DNA from: Felis catus
Lineage: Eukaryota
Direction: 5' to 3'
DNA length: 64,000 nucleotides
NCBI RefSeq assembly: GCF_018350175.1
Contig: NC_058368.1
Location: forward strand, 224,380,001-224,444,000
Under the pieces are notes generated by a model. The model was given only the letters and a program-made list of their open reading frames with translations, had not been told where the DNA came from and searched no databases. The position numbers and the translations under genes are program-made. The stretch's first letter is position 1. Each line of letters opens with the position of its first letter. Positions 23,961-37,110 of this stretch are shown in pieces.

Positions 23961-25449
23961 ATGCTGGATGTAGAGTATGTGTTAGTGTGCTCTCATTGGC
24001 CTAAGCCACTCACAGGCCCTCAGATCCAGGTTTTGGTCCATTGTAAATAGCATAATTCCTACAAGTAATTGACCGTGCCATGGTCTCTCTTCCTATGGAC
24101 CTCTTTATTTTATAGATAGGTAGATTCTCTTAACTTATTTTTCTTTCCCACAAAATCAAAGATGCTGTTATTGATTTTCACTTGGCTATTTTACATTTTT
24201 AATAAAAGCAAATCATCATAAAATTACTGATAGGAAAATCTGTTACAGGATCATAAAATCAGTATATTCCTAAATGTGATTAGTGTGTTGTTTTCAATGT
24301 CTGTGTACAAATTAATATCACATGTTATCATTGAGAGATTGTTTCAATACAATAGATATTATCCACAGAGGTACCTTGTCTTAGATAGAGTACCTTAGCT
24401 CTACGAGATTTTTTTTTCCTCAAATATGAATTACCGACTATTAAGTTTGGGACAATTAAGACATCTGCCGGGAAAACGGTGATGTAACTAGTATTTTTTT
24501 TTGTTTCTAAATATACTTATTTGTCAAATATTACCTTATAAAACATTCATATTTATTTTAATGTCATTTGCAAGTCATTTAACTTTTGACTTGATGTGTC
24601 AAAAGTATAATCTCAGAATATCGTCACCTATATTAACCTTAATGATTTTGTGTTGCTTAGAAAGACAGTTATAATTAGATGTCATGATTCGTCTAATAAC
24701 TTGAAAGAGGCATTGCAATCCAATCAGTGTATAAATTTCTCTCCTTAGCTAAGCTTAGACTGACTTAAAGGTCCCCCCCCCACTATTTTTGGAAAACAAT
24801 TTCTATCACAAAAGAATGAGAATCGGTTTACCCCAGGCAAAGTCAGCACCTGAAGAACAAACTGGATTTGGTTTATGCTTATTTTTCTATGACAGATACA
24901 CCAAGTAGGAAGCTTGAAGTAGACCTTTGGTCTTTTCCTTCCTCAGAACAATGAGTATTAGATTTATAACCCCACCCATGCACCCACAGCCAAAAACCAC
25001 AGCACAGAAACATCATGATCCTCCATTAAAAATTAAATTGAACAAGTTTTGTGTGTTTCATAAACATCGAAATGCAACAATATTGGACTCTGTTTTAAAG
25101 AAGTGATGTGTTGTCCCTATGCTATTTGGAATTTAATTCTATACCTTTAAAATCTTCAGAAGAAGATCCGTCAGGTATTTATGTGCGTGTGCACATTTAT
25201 ACATAAAAGAGTCATTTATTTCTAAAGTAAAATGAAATGAAGTTTTCAAACAGAAATATATTTTTAAAGTCAAGCTGTTATTCTAAAAATCATTATTTTT
25301 GCAAAAAATATAAAGCATATACATCTCTTGCCATCACAATTTCAGAGAATTTACAGACAGACACATATATAAGCATTGGGAATTCTGGAATGAAGGTACC
25401 AATGATGCCAAAGTGGGAAACCAGTAAAGGTACAAAACGTGTCAAAAGT

Positions 25450-25662
25450 GGAGCACCTGGGTGGCTCAGTGGGTTAAGCGTCTGACTTTGGCTCAGGTCA
25501 TGATCTCATGGTTCGTGAGTTTGAGCCCCACATCCGACTCTGTGCTAACAGCTCTGAACCTGGAACCTGCTTCTGATTCTGTGTCTCCCTCTCTCTCTGC
25601 ACACACCTCCCTCTCTCTCACTCTCTCTCTCAAAAATAAATACATATTAAAAAATTTTAAAG
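25450..25662 (+). mobile_element. Can-SINE
   Basis: TSD aaaac(g/t)tgtcaa(a/t)ag at 25434-25448 and 25663-25677. Confidence 0.95.
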
Positions 25663-26169
25663 AAAACTTGTCAATAGCTAATTGATTGAGTTTCATTGGA
25701 AACAATTTGCATTCTATCAACACTGATTTGGTTCCTATCAGTTTTAGAAATTGAAAAATATCCCAAAGGCAAGAAAAGGCTCAGAGTTCTCACAGAATCA
25801 AATAACCCAAAAAGACATGCTCCACAAGGCTTTGATTTCCACTGGAGAAATTCAGTACTCTTTTGGTCTATTTCAAAGTTTCCACAACTTTTCCCATCAA
25901 TGCTCTTCTTCAACATTATTCACCGAACAGCTTCTTTGAGTTTAAAACATTTTGAATAGACCCTTCAGTGTTTTCTTTGTCCAATTAAGTTCATTACCTG
26001 CTTCTTGAGGGTATTCACAATAAAAACAAAAACAAAAAAAACAAACAAACAAAGAATACCTAAACTCAATGAAAAGAAAAAGAACATCCTACCCATTATC
26101 GTAATACTGAATAAAAGTTAAGATTTTTAGTATTTAATTTTTATTCATCATCATTTCTACATCACCCTA

Positions 26170-26800
26170 CCTCTTTTTCTGACTAATCTGAGTACATATC
26201 CAGGACACTTAAATTTTCAAGATCAGCTTCCTATCATTTTCTCTCCTCTAGTGCCTCCAGAGTAGAAAATCATGCTTTACCTAGTCCCCTAAATTCTCCC
26301 CAATTATCAATTCATCCTCAAAGTTCTACTAGTTTTGCCCTCAAAATATTTTCACAGAGCCACTAAGCTACATCTTCCCCAAGTGACATTTCTTCTGCTT
26401 TGGATTATGTCTCCTCTTCGTGAGATTCTTCCTCATCACTTCTCCCAAAACAGCAAAGCTATTTCTTTGTAATATATTGCTAACCTCACTACTCTCTTAT
26501 TCGAGCGTTACATCATTTTCCATTATTTTTAGAAGTGATGAAGTCTTAACCAACAAAGTATTATTTAAGCCCTGTCTTCTTCTATGTATTCATCACCTAT
26601 GTCACCGCTACCTGTGACCCAGATACTGACTTTCAGTGACTTAAACATGCCAGGTTGATTCCCACCTCTTGCTGTCTGGAGACTTCCATTTTAGTCTTCC
26701 TTAAAACCTCTAGGTCTCCCCTTCTCTGAGCTAGTGGAGCTCCTATGCATCTTTCACATTTCACAGCGAGAATTGTTTGCAGGGAAATTTTACTACATGT
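26170..26800 (+). mobile_element. L2 fragment
   Basis: Pyrimidine-rich L2-like tracts (caaagttctactagttttgccctcaaaatatt...aaacatgccaggttgattcccacctc). Confidence 0.55.
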
Positions 26801-27571
26801 GCCGGGATGGAGAATGTTTTTTTGCTTCACCTCTGTTCTTTCTCTGTGTCTCTGTCTCTCTCATCTCTCTCTTGCTCTATCATCTATGTATATAAAATAT
26901 TACATATCTTGGTGGGTGGTACAAGCAAATTAGTCAATTGTCATATATTAAGCCTCTTTTTTTCTAATTGTTCTCTTCTGTGTCATTCTCTTGTTTTGGC
27001 TTGAGGATCTGGCTGATTTCTTTAATTTTATTTTTCTGTTCTGTTGGATTTCAGCAATTGTATTTTAATCGCTGTGAGTCTTTCACAATTTCTTACTTCA
27101 CCCTGAAGGGAAGGGCAAAGTTGTAATCCCTCTGAGTATAATAATTAGAATCTTTTGAATATTTTATTGTCATTGCTTTTGCTGTGTCTGTTTCTTATAT
27201 GTTCTCTAATATTAGACATTTTAGAAAAAAATAAAAACAAAAACACGGGGTCTCTTTTTTTCCGTCCATTCATATTGATCTTTCTATTTTTTGCTGTCAG
27301 TTCTCCTATTATGCCTGACAATCTTCTTTCCTGTTCTTGTTTGGAAACAAAAGACTAGGTATTCGGGCTGCTTTCCTATGCTCATTATAAGAAAATTTCC
27401 CTTCAAACCTCAGATCAGGAAGTCTAATAGACCTTTCTTTAGAATAAATTGTTGGGGAGCCAGTTTCCCCAATTCCAACGCATGACATTTATTCTTGTTA
27501 ACCAATATTCCAGGAGATCGTTTCAGTTTATTCAGAGATGAGCTAGCTCTTTGTTTTTCCTAGAGTTAAGT

Positions 27572-28055
27572 GCTGACTGAGAGCCTGAGGAATCACATGG
27601 CCAATGACTGGATCAAATATAAAAATAAAACCCTGACTCACAACTTCTACAGCAACCAGCTTGGGAAGTCAAACCACTAGTTTTGCAATAATTGACCCCA
27701 AACAGCCAGGACTTGGTCAGCAAAGGCCGGCTTCCTTAATTTTTGTCCCTGATTTCAATTTAGGACCTAACCAGAGAAAGCCAGATATGTTCCCCCAACC
27801 AATCACATGGGATGCCTCTCTTCTTGTTAGCCCACCTTCCATGTTCCCCATGTCAGCAGCTTCCAATTATGACATACCTGATGTGACATGCCTGACAGTT
27901 CTTCCCTCCCCCCCCATAATAAAACCTTCCCAATTCTCTGCCTGCCTTTGATCCACTGCCAAGATAAGGGATGATGGCTGACTCCCTGTGGTAGTAAGTT
28001 CTGAGTAAATAGCCTTTGTTATTCTCTCTTAGGAGGTCTTCATTCATTTTCTTAG
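27572..28055 (+). mobile_element. ERV1-class solo LTR (MER89/MER90-like)
   Basis: gcttccttaatttttgtccc...taggacctaaccagagaaagcca...aaccaatcacatgggatgcc...ctgcctgcctttga...ggctgactccc...tgagtaaatagcctttg. Confidence 0.8.
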
Positions 28056-28795
28056 CTAACAGACATATTCAAGTAAGAATACGGAATGTAGGCAAGTGTG
28101 GCTTTGGAGGCAAATAATATACCGTTTGGAATAAAGATTTTCAATGCATCCTCCTAAGAAGCCACATCTCACCTTCTGTACGTCCTTTGCATTGTGGGAC
28201 AGGTTGCTTCTCTAGGGTTCTTGACAAGCGGTCTTTCTTCATGTTCCGGAAGCATATTCCACTCTGTGACCCCTGTTTCTCATTCTTTTCCTCTCATTTC
28301 ACTCTGTTCCTTTCTTTCAGAGACAATCTAGATGGCAATGTCTCTCTGTTACATTCATAGTTATGGGCTTATTTATGCACTTCTATGTTCTATCTCATCT
28401 AACTTCTCTTAAAACAACAATCTGTACGCAGTTCTAAAAATGGGCTAATAGATAGATATTCATGTAAAATTGGACAAATTTGTTCTCTTAGACATTTGCC
28501 TCCTAGATTGACTGTATTAATGGGATGGGTGCAGGTGTTCCAAAAATGCTGCCTTTGCCTGACCCCAATCTCCAAGCTACTGTTTGCTCTTAGATGGCTG
28601 AAACTTCACGTCTGAAAATATAAATGATAGTACTTGTTTTGCATAATCTCAGAAAGTTATTGTGTGTGAGTACCAGGGCCATATTGTCACTTGGCACAGT
28701 TTAGAATCTCCTGCGAATAAACAAACATAAAGAAATCATATAGTTTACTTAAAATGAATAATATGTAAGCTACATTTAGAAAATAAATATTTCTT

Positions 28796-29015
28796 GGGGT
28801 TTCTGGGTGGCTCAGTCAGTTGGGCATCCAACTTTGGCTCAGGTCATGATCTCATGGTTTGTGAGTTGGAGCCCCACGTTGGGCTCTGTGTTGACAGCTC
28901 GGACCCTGGAATCTGCTTCAGATTCAGTGTCTCCCTCTCTTTCTTCCCCTCCCTTGCTTGCACTGTGTCTCCCTAACTCTCTTAAAAATAAATAAACATT
29001 AAAATTTTTTCAAAA
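28796..29015 (+). mobile_element. Can-SINE
   Basis: Perfect 17-bp TSD agaaaataaatatttct at 28778-28794 and 29016-29032. Confidence 0.96.
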
Positions 29016-29512
29016 AGAAAATAAATATTTCTATTTAAAAATGAGTTGCTAAATTCGAATATTTTGTGCATCTACTTTTTATTGCATTTATTTCTGCATT
29101 TCATCTTACCTTTGTTTTACGTTAGCTAATATCCAATTAACAGTTTATGATCTTATATTTCATGATCTGAGAGATAGAGAAAAAGAGAGAGAGAGGTTTG
29201 GTATAGTTGTACAAGGATACAAGCTGATAAAAAAATAAAGACTCTCTTTGTAAATATTAACAATATTATACAATTGATGATTTCCCAGGAAACAGTTATG
29301 ATTAAGGAACAAGCCCCTAAATGAAACAAACTCCTAGAATTGAGCAGTGATTGTGGAGTATTGACCATGGCTTACCGAAAAATTCAGATACATTTCTATA
29401 TAAATCAAAACTCTATAAGAAAAATGTCAACATCCATGTGTGTTCCAAAGTTTCTTTTTTGTTTTGTTAATCCTGAAAGACTATTTCCAAGTCAAAATGC
29501 ATCTATGTTTTA

Positions 29513-29706
29513 TTTTATTTTTTTAAGTTTAGTTATTTATCCTGAGGGAGTGAGGGGCGGAAAGAGAGAGGGAGATAGAATCCCAAGCAGGCTCCGTGCT
29601 GTCAATACAGAGCCCAACGCAGGGCTCAAGCTCACAAACCATGAGATCATGACCTGATCTGAAATCAGGAGTCAGATGCTTAACCAATGAGTCACGCAGG
29701 TGCCCC
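29513..29706 (-). mobile_element. Can-SINE
   Basis: TSD aaatgcatc(t/c)at(g/a)tttta at 29495-29512 and 29708-29725. Confidence 0.94.
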
Positions 29707-29829
29707 TAAATGCATCCATATTTTAAAGGCAATTTGTATTCGCTATAATTTCGTGCATATGCAATTAATATTCTACAGATCCAGGAGACCATCAGAACTT
29801 GTACTAAACTGAAAAAATAAAGCTAGTAA

Positions 29830-29991
29830 ATCAGAAGCCAAAATTCCGATGATCTTAATAAGAGCAATTCTTCACATTGTTTAACTTCAGAAATGTTCTA
29901 AGTGAGATTTCTCCTTTGCAAACATCATAATCTGTGGCAATATATGGTATATTTTTTGAATTGTGTTTGATCGTTATACATGTTTGTGAAC

Positions 29992-30022
<31 letters not shown>

Positions 30023-30400
30023 TCAACGTTTATTTATTTTTGGGACAGAGAGAGACAGAGCATGAACGGGGGAGGGGCAGAGAGAGAGGGAGACACAGAA
30101 TCGGAAACAGGCTCCAGGCTCTGAGCCATCAGCCCAGAGCCTGATGCGGGGCTCGAACTCACGGACCGCAAGATCGTGACCTGGCTGAAGTCGGACGCTT
30201 AACCGACTGCGCCACCCAGGCGCCCCGAGTGAACTTTTTATTAATAAAACACCACTTCTGCAGAACATGCAGTTTTAAAGGTTTCCTGTGTTTCATAATG
30301 AAAGGTTTAAATATGTGTAGGTGGAATTATTTTCTCCGTAAACATGTGCTCTTTAAAATGTTTCTCTGTGACAAATAAGTTTTTTTAATAAAATAAATGT
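29830..30400 (+). mobile_element. Putative hAT (Tip100-like) transposase C-terminal remnant, split by a young SINE
   Basis: 30251-30276 reads T-T-S-A-E-(R)-S-F allowing a 2-nt insertion; gaaaggtttaaat (ERLN-like) at 30300-30312. Confidence 0.42.
30000..30226 (-). mobile_element. Young felid Can-SINE (SINEC_Fc-like)
   Basis: Perfect TSD gtgaactttttatt at 29986-29999 and 30229-30242. Confidence 0.98.
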
Positions 30401-31073
30401 TATGTGTATTCATACAAATCTTATATTTCGTGTAGTTTGAAGCATAATATATAATAGTCATTAATCTTTGTAGTTAATATGTGCTCCAATTGTCAAAAAT
30501 GTGTTTTATAAATTAGTAGTAGGTCAAAGTCAAGAGTAGAACTGTTGTCAGAAGTACAACGCACTCATGGTAGGCTTCTAAACATTGGAAAGGGGAGTAA
30601 AGACATTAGAATAAATTCACCTTTGGGGAATCAGAAGCCATACTTTATTTTACAGTAAAAGTATTAATAATGTAAGTTATCCTGCAAGTTATTAGAGAAG
30701 CCCAACATGAAGTGGAATGACGTAAGAGGGTAACTCTCACAGGAGAACCTAAGTTCTGTTTCTCCATGAGGTTCACAGTCTAGTAGCGTGCCAAAACTCA
30801 CATGATGTTTTTTTTTAATTATTCCCTGGATATCACAGAGCATGTGTGTGCACTTTATCGGATATTACTTCATGCAGTTGTGCTCTGATTACAAACTAGT
30901 TTCTCCCCGCTCCAAATGTATCCCCAGGTACCCTGCTTCGAGACGCTGGGGCTGCGGCTCTACAAATCACAACTCTCTTTACCAGCTGACTTCTAACCAG
31001 TCCTTGCGAAGCGAAGGCCTAGGGGGATCCTGGAAGGGAGGGTGAGAGGGAATACTTTCTGACACAGAGAAGC

Positions 31074-31515
31074 ATCCCAACCCCCCCCCCCCCCCAGCAA
31101 AAGCCACAAACCACAGAGAGTTCCAAACTCTAGATAGATCACGTTTTTCCACATACATGCATATGATAAAGTTTAATTTTTTTAAATCAGGCACTGGAAG
31201 AGATTAACAATAACTGAGAATAAATAGAACAATTTTAACAGTATACTATAAGAAAAGTTCTGTGAATGTAGTTTCTCTCTCTCTCTCTGTCTGTCTCAGA
31301 ATATGATCCTGTCCTGTATTCACCCTTTTCTTGTGATGATGTGAGTTGATAAAATGCCTCCGGGATGAGATTCAGTCAGTGGCATAGTATCGTGACATAG
31401 TGCTAAGCTACTACCAACCTTCTGACAACGCGACACATTGACACATTAGACCCCACCTGACTGTGGGTAACTGAAACCACAGAAAAGCAAAACCACGGAT
31501 GAGAGAGGACTGCTG
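31074..31515 (-). mobile_element. MER44/Tigger7-family DNA transposon MITE
   Basis: tatgataaagtttaat...gagattaacaataact...gggtaactgaaaccacagaaaagcaaaaccacggatgagagaggactgctg followed by TA. Confidence 0.85.
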
Positions 31516-31807
31516 TATTACAGGTGTCCTGTCAGATTCTCCTCAGTAATGGCACTTCACGACAATAGCACTTGCCAGACTAGCCTCATTGTGTTCGATG
31601 AGAGGTACCAGCAGCAATTGAATTTTTCTGCTTTCTGAGACCTCTGAATCCAAGTTCCATTTGGAACCTCTGCTGACCTTCCAGATGATGATATCAAAAA
31701 CTTCCCTTTGTTTCCTCAGTCCTAGAAATAGAGGCTGCTCTGTGTAGCTATTATTTTTGGCTTACCTCAGTGTCTTTTTTGTGTGTGTCCATCTCTTTAG
31801 TTCTAAT

Positions 31808-32013
31808 TCTTTTTGAACATTTATTCATTTTTGAGAGACAAAGGTAAGCAGAGGAGAGGCAGAGAGAGAGAGAGGAAGACACAGAATCCAAAGCAGGCTC
31901 CAGGCTCTGAGCTGTCAACACAGAGCCCAATGTGGGGCTCAAACTCACAGAGTATGAGATCATGACCTGAGCTGAAGTCGGCCATTTAACTGACTGAGCC
32001 ACCCAGGCAGCCC
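31808..32013 (-). mobile_element. Can-SINE
   Basis: Perfect 19-bp TSD ccatctctttagttctaat at 31789-31807 and 32015-32033. Confidence 0.97.
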
Positions 32014-32783
32014 ACCATCTCTTTAGTTCTAATGATACAAATCTTTACATAAAATTCGCTCTAGACACCTAGTAAGGTTTCTATTATCCTAACCACACTA
32101 TATATAGTGCCTAATGATCTCTTACAAAGTTAATTAAGTATCCCAACGTCCAACCCATGCAACTGCTATCATTTCTATAGCTTGGAAAGCAAACTGACTA
32201 TCCAGATGTATTCCGCATGATTCAATCTGTTGTCTTCTTCCTATCAGAATTAGTCACTGAAATACTCTGCATCTCCCAATGAATTAAGATCAATTATTTT
32301 CATTTCAAACATACTGTGTTTGTTTTGGTTTATTTCATTCTTTATAACTGTTCTCCCCAGTGACTTAATAATTCAAGTTTTTATTGTTTAGAACATTGTC
32401 AGTGCCTCACCTATAAACTACAGTTAGGTGTCTTAAATACATATAAATACAAGAGAGAAGATTACTCCAGAGAAATTACTGTGGTAGTAATAAAAGTGTG
32501 GGGACACTGATGGTAAAATTGGATGTAGCCCAGTTTGGAGAACAACGTTTATTGTAAGGGATTCATTGAGCGATAGAGCTTAGAATGCACAATGGGATCA
32601 GACTGCAAAGGATCGTTAATGGATCGCAAACCAATTTATCAAACATAAAAAAAATAGTGTTAACTAGTACAGGCTTATTAGTCATTATGCTTAGAAACTG
32701 AATAATATAGAAGATTGATAATAGAAATAAGGTTTGTTTCTGTTTGGGGCTAGGGGAATAGCACCATTTCTACCTATGGAGAG

Positions 32784-33199
32784 TATCGTGGGCACGTTCC
32801 ACGTCTCTCCTTTCAAAATGGAGACACTTCTGTCTGGCTGGCAGGGTTGTTGGCTGCTCACACCCTAGACCTGATGAGTGCTTCTGTTCCCTCATCCAAG
32901 GAAGCTCCCTCAACCAAGGTTACAAAAACCTTCCCAGGTCCGCCCACATCAATGGCTGATTGATAGAGGATATGGTGGTCCAGCCATAGTGGCTCAATAT
33001 GGAGGTTTCTAATAAACAGCACAGAGGGCCATGTGTTATCAGCTAAAGACCCTGTTTTGCAGCATCACATGCAAACCTGTGCTCCATCTGGTGTCTCAGT
33101 ACTCAGAGGGGTTAGTTCAGGTAATATCAGGCTGACTGGATCTGAACCACAACTCTCTACCTCAGAGAATCTTTTTCCCAGAGAATCATGCCGAAGAGA
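32784..33199 (+). mobile_element. LTR16A-like 5' LTR of an ERVL provirus
   Basis: tatcgtgggc start; gttggctgctc...caaccaaggttac...cccacatcaatggctgattgat...ctcagagaatctttttcccagagaa end; internal sequence follows directly. Confidence 0.8.
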
Positions 33200-34269
33200 T
33201 TTTGAGTCAGGCATGGTCCTAGGAAGAAGGCTCTAAAAAGGTGACTTAGGAACTACAATACGTGCAAAGCAGACTGGCAAGGAAGATCTCAGTATCAGTT
33301 GAGGGTTGGACACAAGTCATGCTGTCCAGGGGAAACTGCCAACATTTTTGCCATTGCTAAATTGCAAAGAGTACCTAATGAATGTGATATTTCAGGTGTT
33401 TAAGCAATTGTGAGCAGTGGTAATTGCAAGGACTAAAGAAACAGAGAGCTCTAGCTGGGAGCTGTCAAAGCATTGAAGAAAAACAATGGAAGGCTCAGGG
33501 TGATTAATCAAAATCTGAAGTCAAAACGTGGAAGCCAGAAAACTTCCTTGGCAGCTTATAAAGAAACTCTCATCCCCAGTACTAGAAGGGCAAGAAAAAA
33601 ATGAGAATTCAGGTCGAGGGCAAAATACAGGGTTAAGAGAGCTGAGACAGTTGAATTATCAAAACAAGCAGGCCGGTTATGAAAATGTCAAGGTTCTAAT
33701 GTTACATGTGATTCTGAAATGTGGGTTGGGAGCAACTAGTTTGTGCACTTGAAATTATTGAACCCTGAATTTTCTGTACCTTTGGGGCTTGAAAATGTGG
33801 TCTACTCTTTCTTTTAAAAGTGAAGTGTTCTCCTCTTGCTGGGAGATAATGCATAAACTTTGTGTTACAAGACAATATGCATCCCCCTTGCCCTCAGCTC
33901 TCCTCCCTGCCACCAGGATATTAACTGATGTGAAATGGAATCATAACCCTGTCATGGAAATGTTGGATCAACTAAGCAGAAAGGTAAATATCCCATGAAG
34001 GGGTCTCAGGACCTAGTCAACACTGGCCAGCAATATCTCAGAGAACATACATGGAACTGGATTCTGAGTTGGCCAAAACAAAGGCAGAGGGCAGAATATA
34101 AAGCTGGATAAAAAAAAAAAAAACAGTTTAACAGTGTGAAAACATTCCCTCATGATGCAGAACTGAAGATTATGCCAAAATATCAGAAGTCAGTGCAAAA
34201 ATGGTACACAATGACTTCGAAAGCTTAGAAGGGATGATCCACACTAAGTGAGTTTGAAATGTCGAAACT

Positions 34270-34441
34270 GGGGGCACCTGGGTGGCTCCGTCAGGTAAGT
34301 GTCTGACTTCGGCTCAGGTCATGATCTCACAGTTCATGGGTTTGAGCCCTGAATCGGGCTCTGTGCTGACAACTCGGAGCCTGGAACCTGCTTCGGATTA
34401 TATGTCTCCCTCTCTCTTTGCCCTTCCTCCACTCATGCTCA

Positions 34442-34479
<38 letters not shown>

Positions 34480-34506
34480 CATTAATAAACATTAAAGACT
34501 TTTTTT
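34270..34506 (+). mobile_element. Can-SINE inserted in ERVL internal region
   Basis: TSD aatgtc(g/a)aaact at 34258-34269 and 34507-34518. Confidence 0.95.
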
Positions 34507-35315
34507 AATGTCAAAACTACCAAGGGAGAGAGTGGAAAAAGTGTTCAAAAGAAACCAGAATGCTATATGAGATCATGCAAGTATGTTCCTTGGTAGGGCC
34601 TGCAGGACAGCACATGTACCATGATGATTATAAATCACAGCTGAGAGCGACACCAGCATTGCTGGCAGTCTCATTAGTGGCTCTCCTCTGTAAGTGAGGG
34701 CGGAAGCAATGAGATGTCACTGAAGACTTGGATTCCCTGATAGCAGTGAGAAAACAGATCTCCGAAATCACAAAGGTCAGGAGGTGGTGATTCTTCATCA
34801 GCAGTAAGATAAACCAATTGTTTTAATTAATAGCAGAATCTAATTGGCATCAGAGGGTGCCTGACCCGCAAAGAGCTTTCAGGAAGGTTAAAAAAAAGAT
34901 AGTAGTCCTAGGTTAAGAATGATGTGCATTCAACAAAGGTAGTGCTCCATCTATGGGAAAAAAATTACATGGATGGTCACAAGTTGAATGCAGGTGAGTC
35001 AATTAAAAACAATCACAATAACTTGTCCCATTTTGTTTGTTTGTTTGCTTGGTTTTGGGGGCAGTTTTTGGAATCAAAACCCAAGGACTACAGGAGTGTC
35101 CAACTCCCCAAGAAGAAGGTTCCTACAATGCCATAGCGAGTGATATAGCAATGTTCTAGCTGATTCTTTCTCAAAGGGAAATACAGCCTTTACAAAGATA
35201 TCTGTAAACTAGGGAAAGGTAAATATTCAGAGATTTTGAGGACTGTTGGTAGAGGGCTAAATCTGATATTATTATACAGGAAATAATGTATCATCATGGT
35301 CTCCCAATAGAAGGA

Positions 35316-36080
35316 TATACTAATTTCCTATGGTTACTGTAACAAATTATTACAATTCTGGAGGCTTAGAGCCAAACAAGTGTATTATAGTTCTAGACAT
35401 CAGAAGTCTGAAATGAACCTCACTGGACTAAATTCAAGATTATTACCACAGCTGTTTTCCTTTCTAAAAGCTCTAAAGGAGGGGCGCCTGGGTGGCGCAG
35501 TCGGTTAAGCGTCCGACTTCAGCCAGGTCACGATCTCGCGGTCCGTGAGTTCGAGCCCCGCGTCGGGCTCTGGGCTGATGGCTCGGAGCCTGGAGCCTGT
35601 TTCCGATTCTGTGTCTCCCTCTCTCTCTGCCCCTCCCCCGTTCATGCTCTGTCTCTCTCTGTCCCAAAAATAAATAAACGTTGAAAAAAAATTTTTTTTA
35701 AAAGCTCTAAAGGAGAATCTATTTCTTTGTCTCTTCTGTCTTCTAGAGGACACAACATTCCTTGGCTTATGTCCCTCTTCTTCTAGCTTCAAAGCAACAC
35801 ATAGTTGAATTCACACATCACATTTCTCTGATTTTCTTCCACAGTGTTATCACATCCCCTTCTATGACTCTGATTCTCTGACCTTCTCTTCCATTTTATG
35901 GATCCTTATAATTACATTGGACCTACCCAAATAATCCAGGATAATTTCCCCATCTCCAGGTCGGCTGATTTACAACTTTCATTTCTTCTGTCTCCTTAAT
36001 TCCCTGTTACCATATAAGATATTTAGAGGTTAGAGTGATTAGCGAATGGATATCTTTAGGACAGCATTCTGCATCCCACA
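35316..36080 (-). mobile_element. MLT1D-like MaLR solo LTR
   Basis: tatactaatttcctatggttactgtaacaaatta...cagaagtctgaaatgaacctcactggactaaa...attacattggacctacccaaataatccagggataat...attctgcatcccaca. Confidence 0.88.
35481..35698 (+). mobile_element. Young felid Can-SINE inserted in MLT1D
   Basis: Perfect 16-bp TSD taaaagctctaaagga at 35465-35480 and 35699-35714. Confidence 0.98.
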
Positions 36081-36620
36081 TCAGTAACGTACTGATCTAG
36101 TAAACACTCAAGAATCATATCTGGTCTGGCTTATGGCAAGTCCAATAGGTCCATGACACAGAGAGGCAAGAAGACCTTTTGAGTGAGACACAGAGGAAAA
36201 CACGCTGCAGCAGGTTCAGGCTGAAATGCAAGCAAAGTGCTTCTGAGCCACACAAGCAGGAAACCTGGAAGACTCTATTGGAACTGTGGTATCTGTGCCC
36301 TAGAATGTATGTCAAAAGCCAACAGGAGAGGCTTCTGGGGAAGATGGTGGAAAAGGAAGACCCTAAACTCACCTGGACCCACAGATACAACTACATGACA
36401 ATCAGTGTAAATCACCCAAAGACTGGCAGAACAAACTTCACAACCAACTGCAGACAAAAAGCCACACTGAAGAGGGTCGGAAGGGTGGAGATGTGGTTGG
36501 GAGCTAGATGGACCCACAGATCAGTCCACAGGAGGGAAGGAGTCAGAGAAGGGAGAAAAACAGACTCTCACAACAGGAATCCCACATAGAGAAGATGCAT
36601 CCCCAGAACACTTGGCTTTA

Positions 36621-36862
36621 TTTTTTTTAATTTATTTTAATTTTTAAGATGTTTCTTTATTTTTGAGAGAGAGAGAGACAGAGAGAGAGAGACAGAGACA
36701 GAGAGAGACAACAAGAGGGGGAGGGGCAGAGAGAAGGAGACACAGAATCTGAAGCATGCTCCAGACTCTGAGCTGTCAGCCAAGAGCCCAATGCCAGGCT
36801 CAAACTCACAAGCTGTGAGATCATGACCTGAACACCTAACCGGCTGAGTCACCTAGGCACCC
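36621..36862 (-). mobile_element. Can-SINE in L1 5'UTR
   Basis: Perfect 17-bp TSD cagaacacttggcttta at 36604-36620 and 36864-36880. Confidence 0.96.
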
Positions 36863-36896
36863 TCAGAACACTTGGCTTTAAAAACCAAAGGGACCA

Positions 36897-37110
36897 GGGG
36901 CACCTGGGTGGCTCAGTCAGTGAAGCATCTGGCTTTGACTCAGGTCATGATTTCATGGTACATCAGTTTGAGCCTGCATTGGGCTCTCAGCTGACAGCTT
37001 GGAGCCTGCTTAGGAATCTGTGTCTCCCTCTCTCTCTTCTCTTCCCCCACTCATGATCTGTCTTTCTCTCAAAAATAAATAAGCATTTAAAAAATAATAA
37101 AAAAAAAAAT
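36897..37110 (+). mobile_element. Can-SINE in L1 5'UTR
   Basis: TSD aaaggg(a/g)cca at 36887-36896 and 37111-37120. Confidence 0.95.

Larger units (their letters stand above)
30870..32110 (+). mobile_element. LTR33-like ERVL solo LTR, interrupted by MER44 and a SINE
   Basis: 5' part ccctgcttcgagacgctggggctg...tttaccagctgacttc; 3' part cttccctttgtttcctcagtcctag...cacctagtaaggtttctattatcct. Confidence 0.65.
33200..36327 (+). mobile_element. ERVL (HERV16/ERV3-16A3-like) internal region, decayed; interrupted by a SINE, MLT1D and L1; resumes at 42142-42195
   Basis: Gag-like tracts (gaacatacatggaactggattctgag, aatataaagctggataa) and pol-like tract ttttgagtgagacacagaggaaaacacgctgcagcaggttcaggctg; pol continues after the L1 (aacaaggtcctgccatc). 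Confidence 0.78.

Noticed and set aside
36179..36589. Longest ORF in the window (136 aa)
   Set aside because: It spans the ERVL pol remnant and L1 5'UTR junction, with no recognisable domain. Treated as a chance frame.
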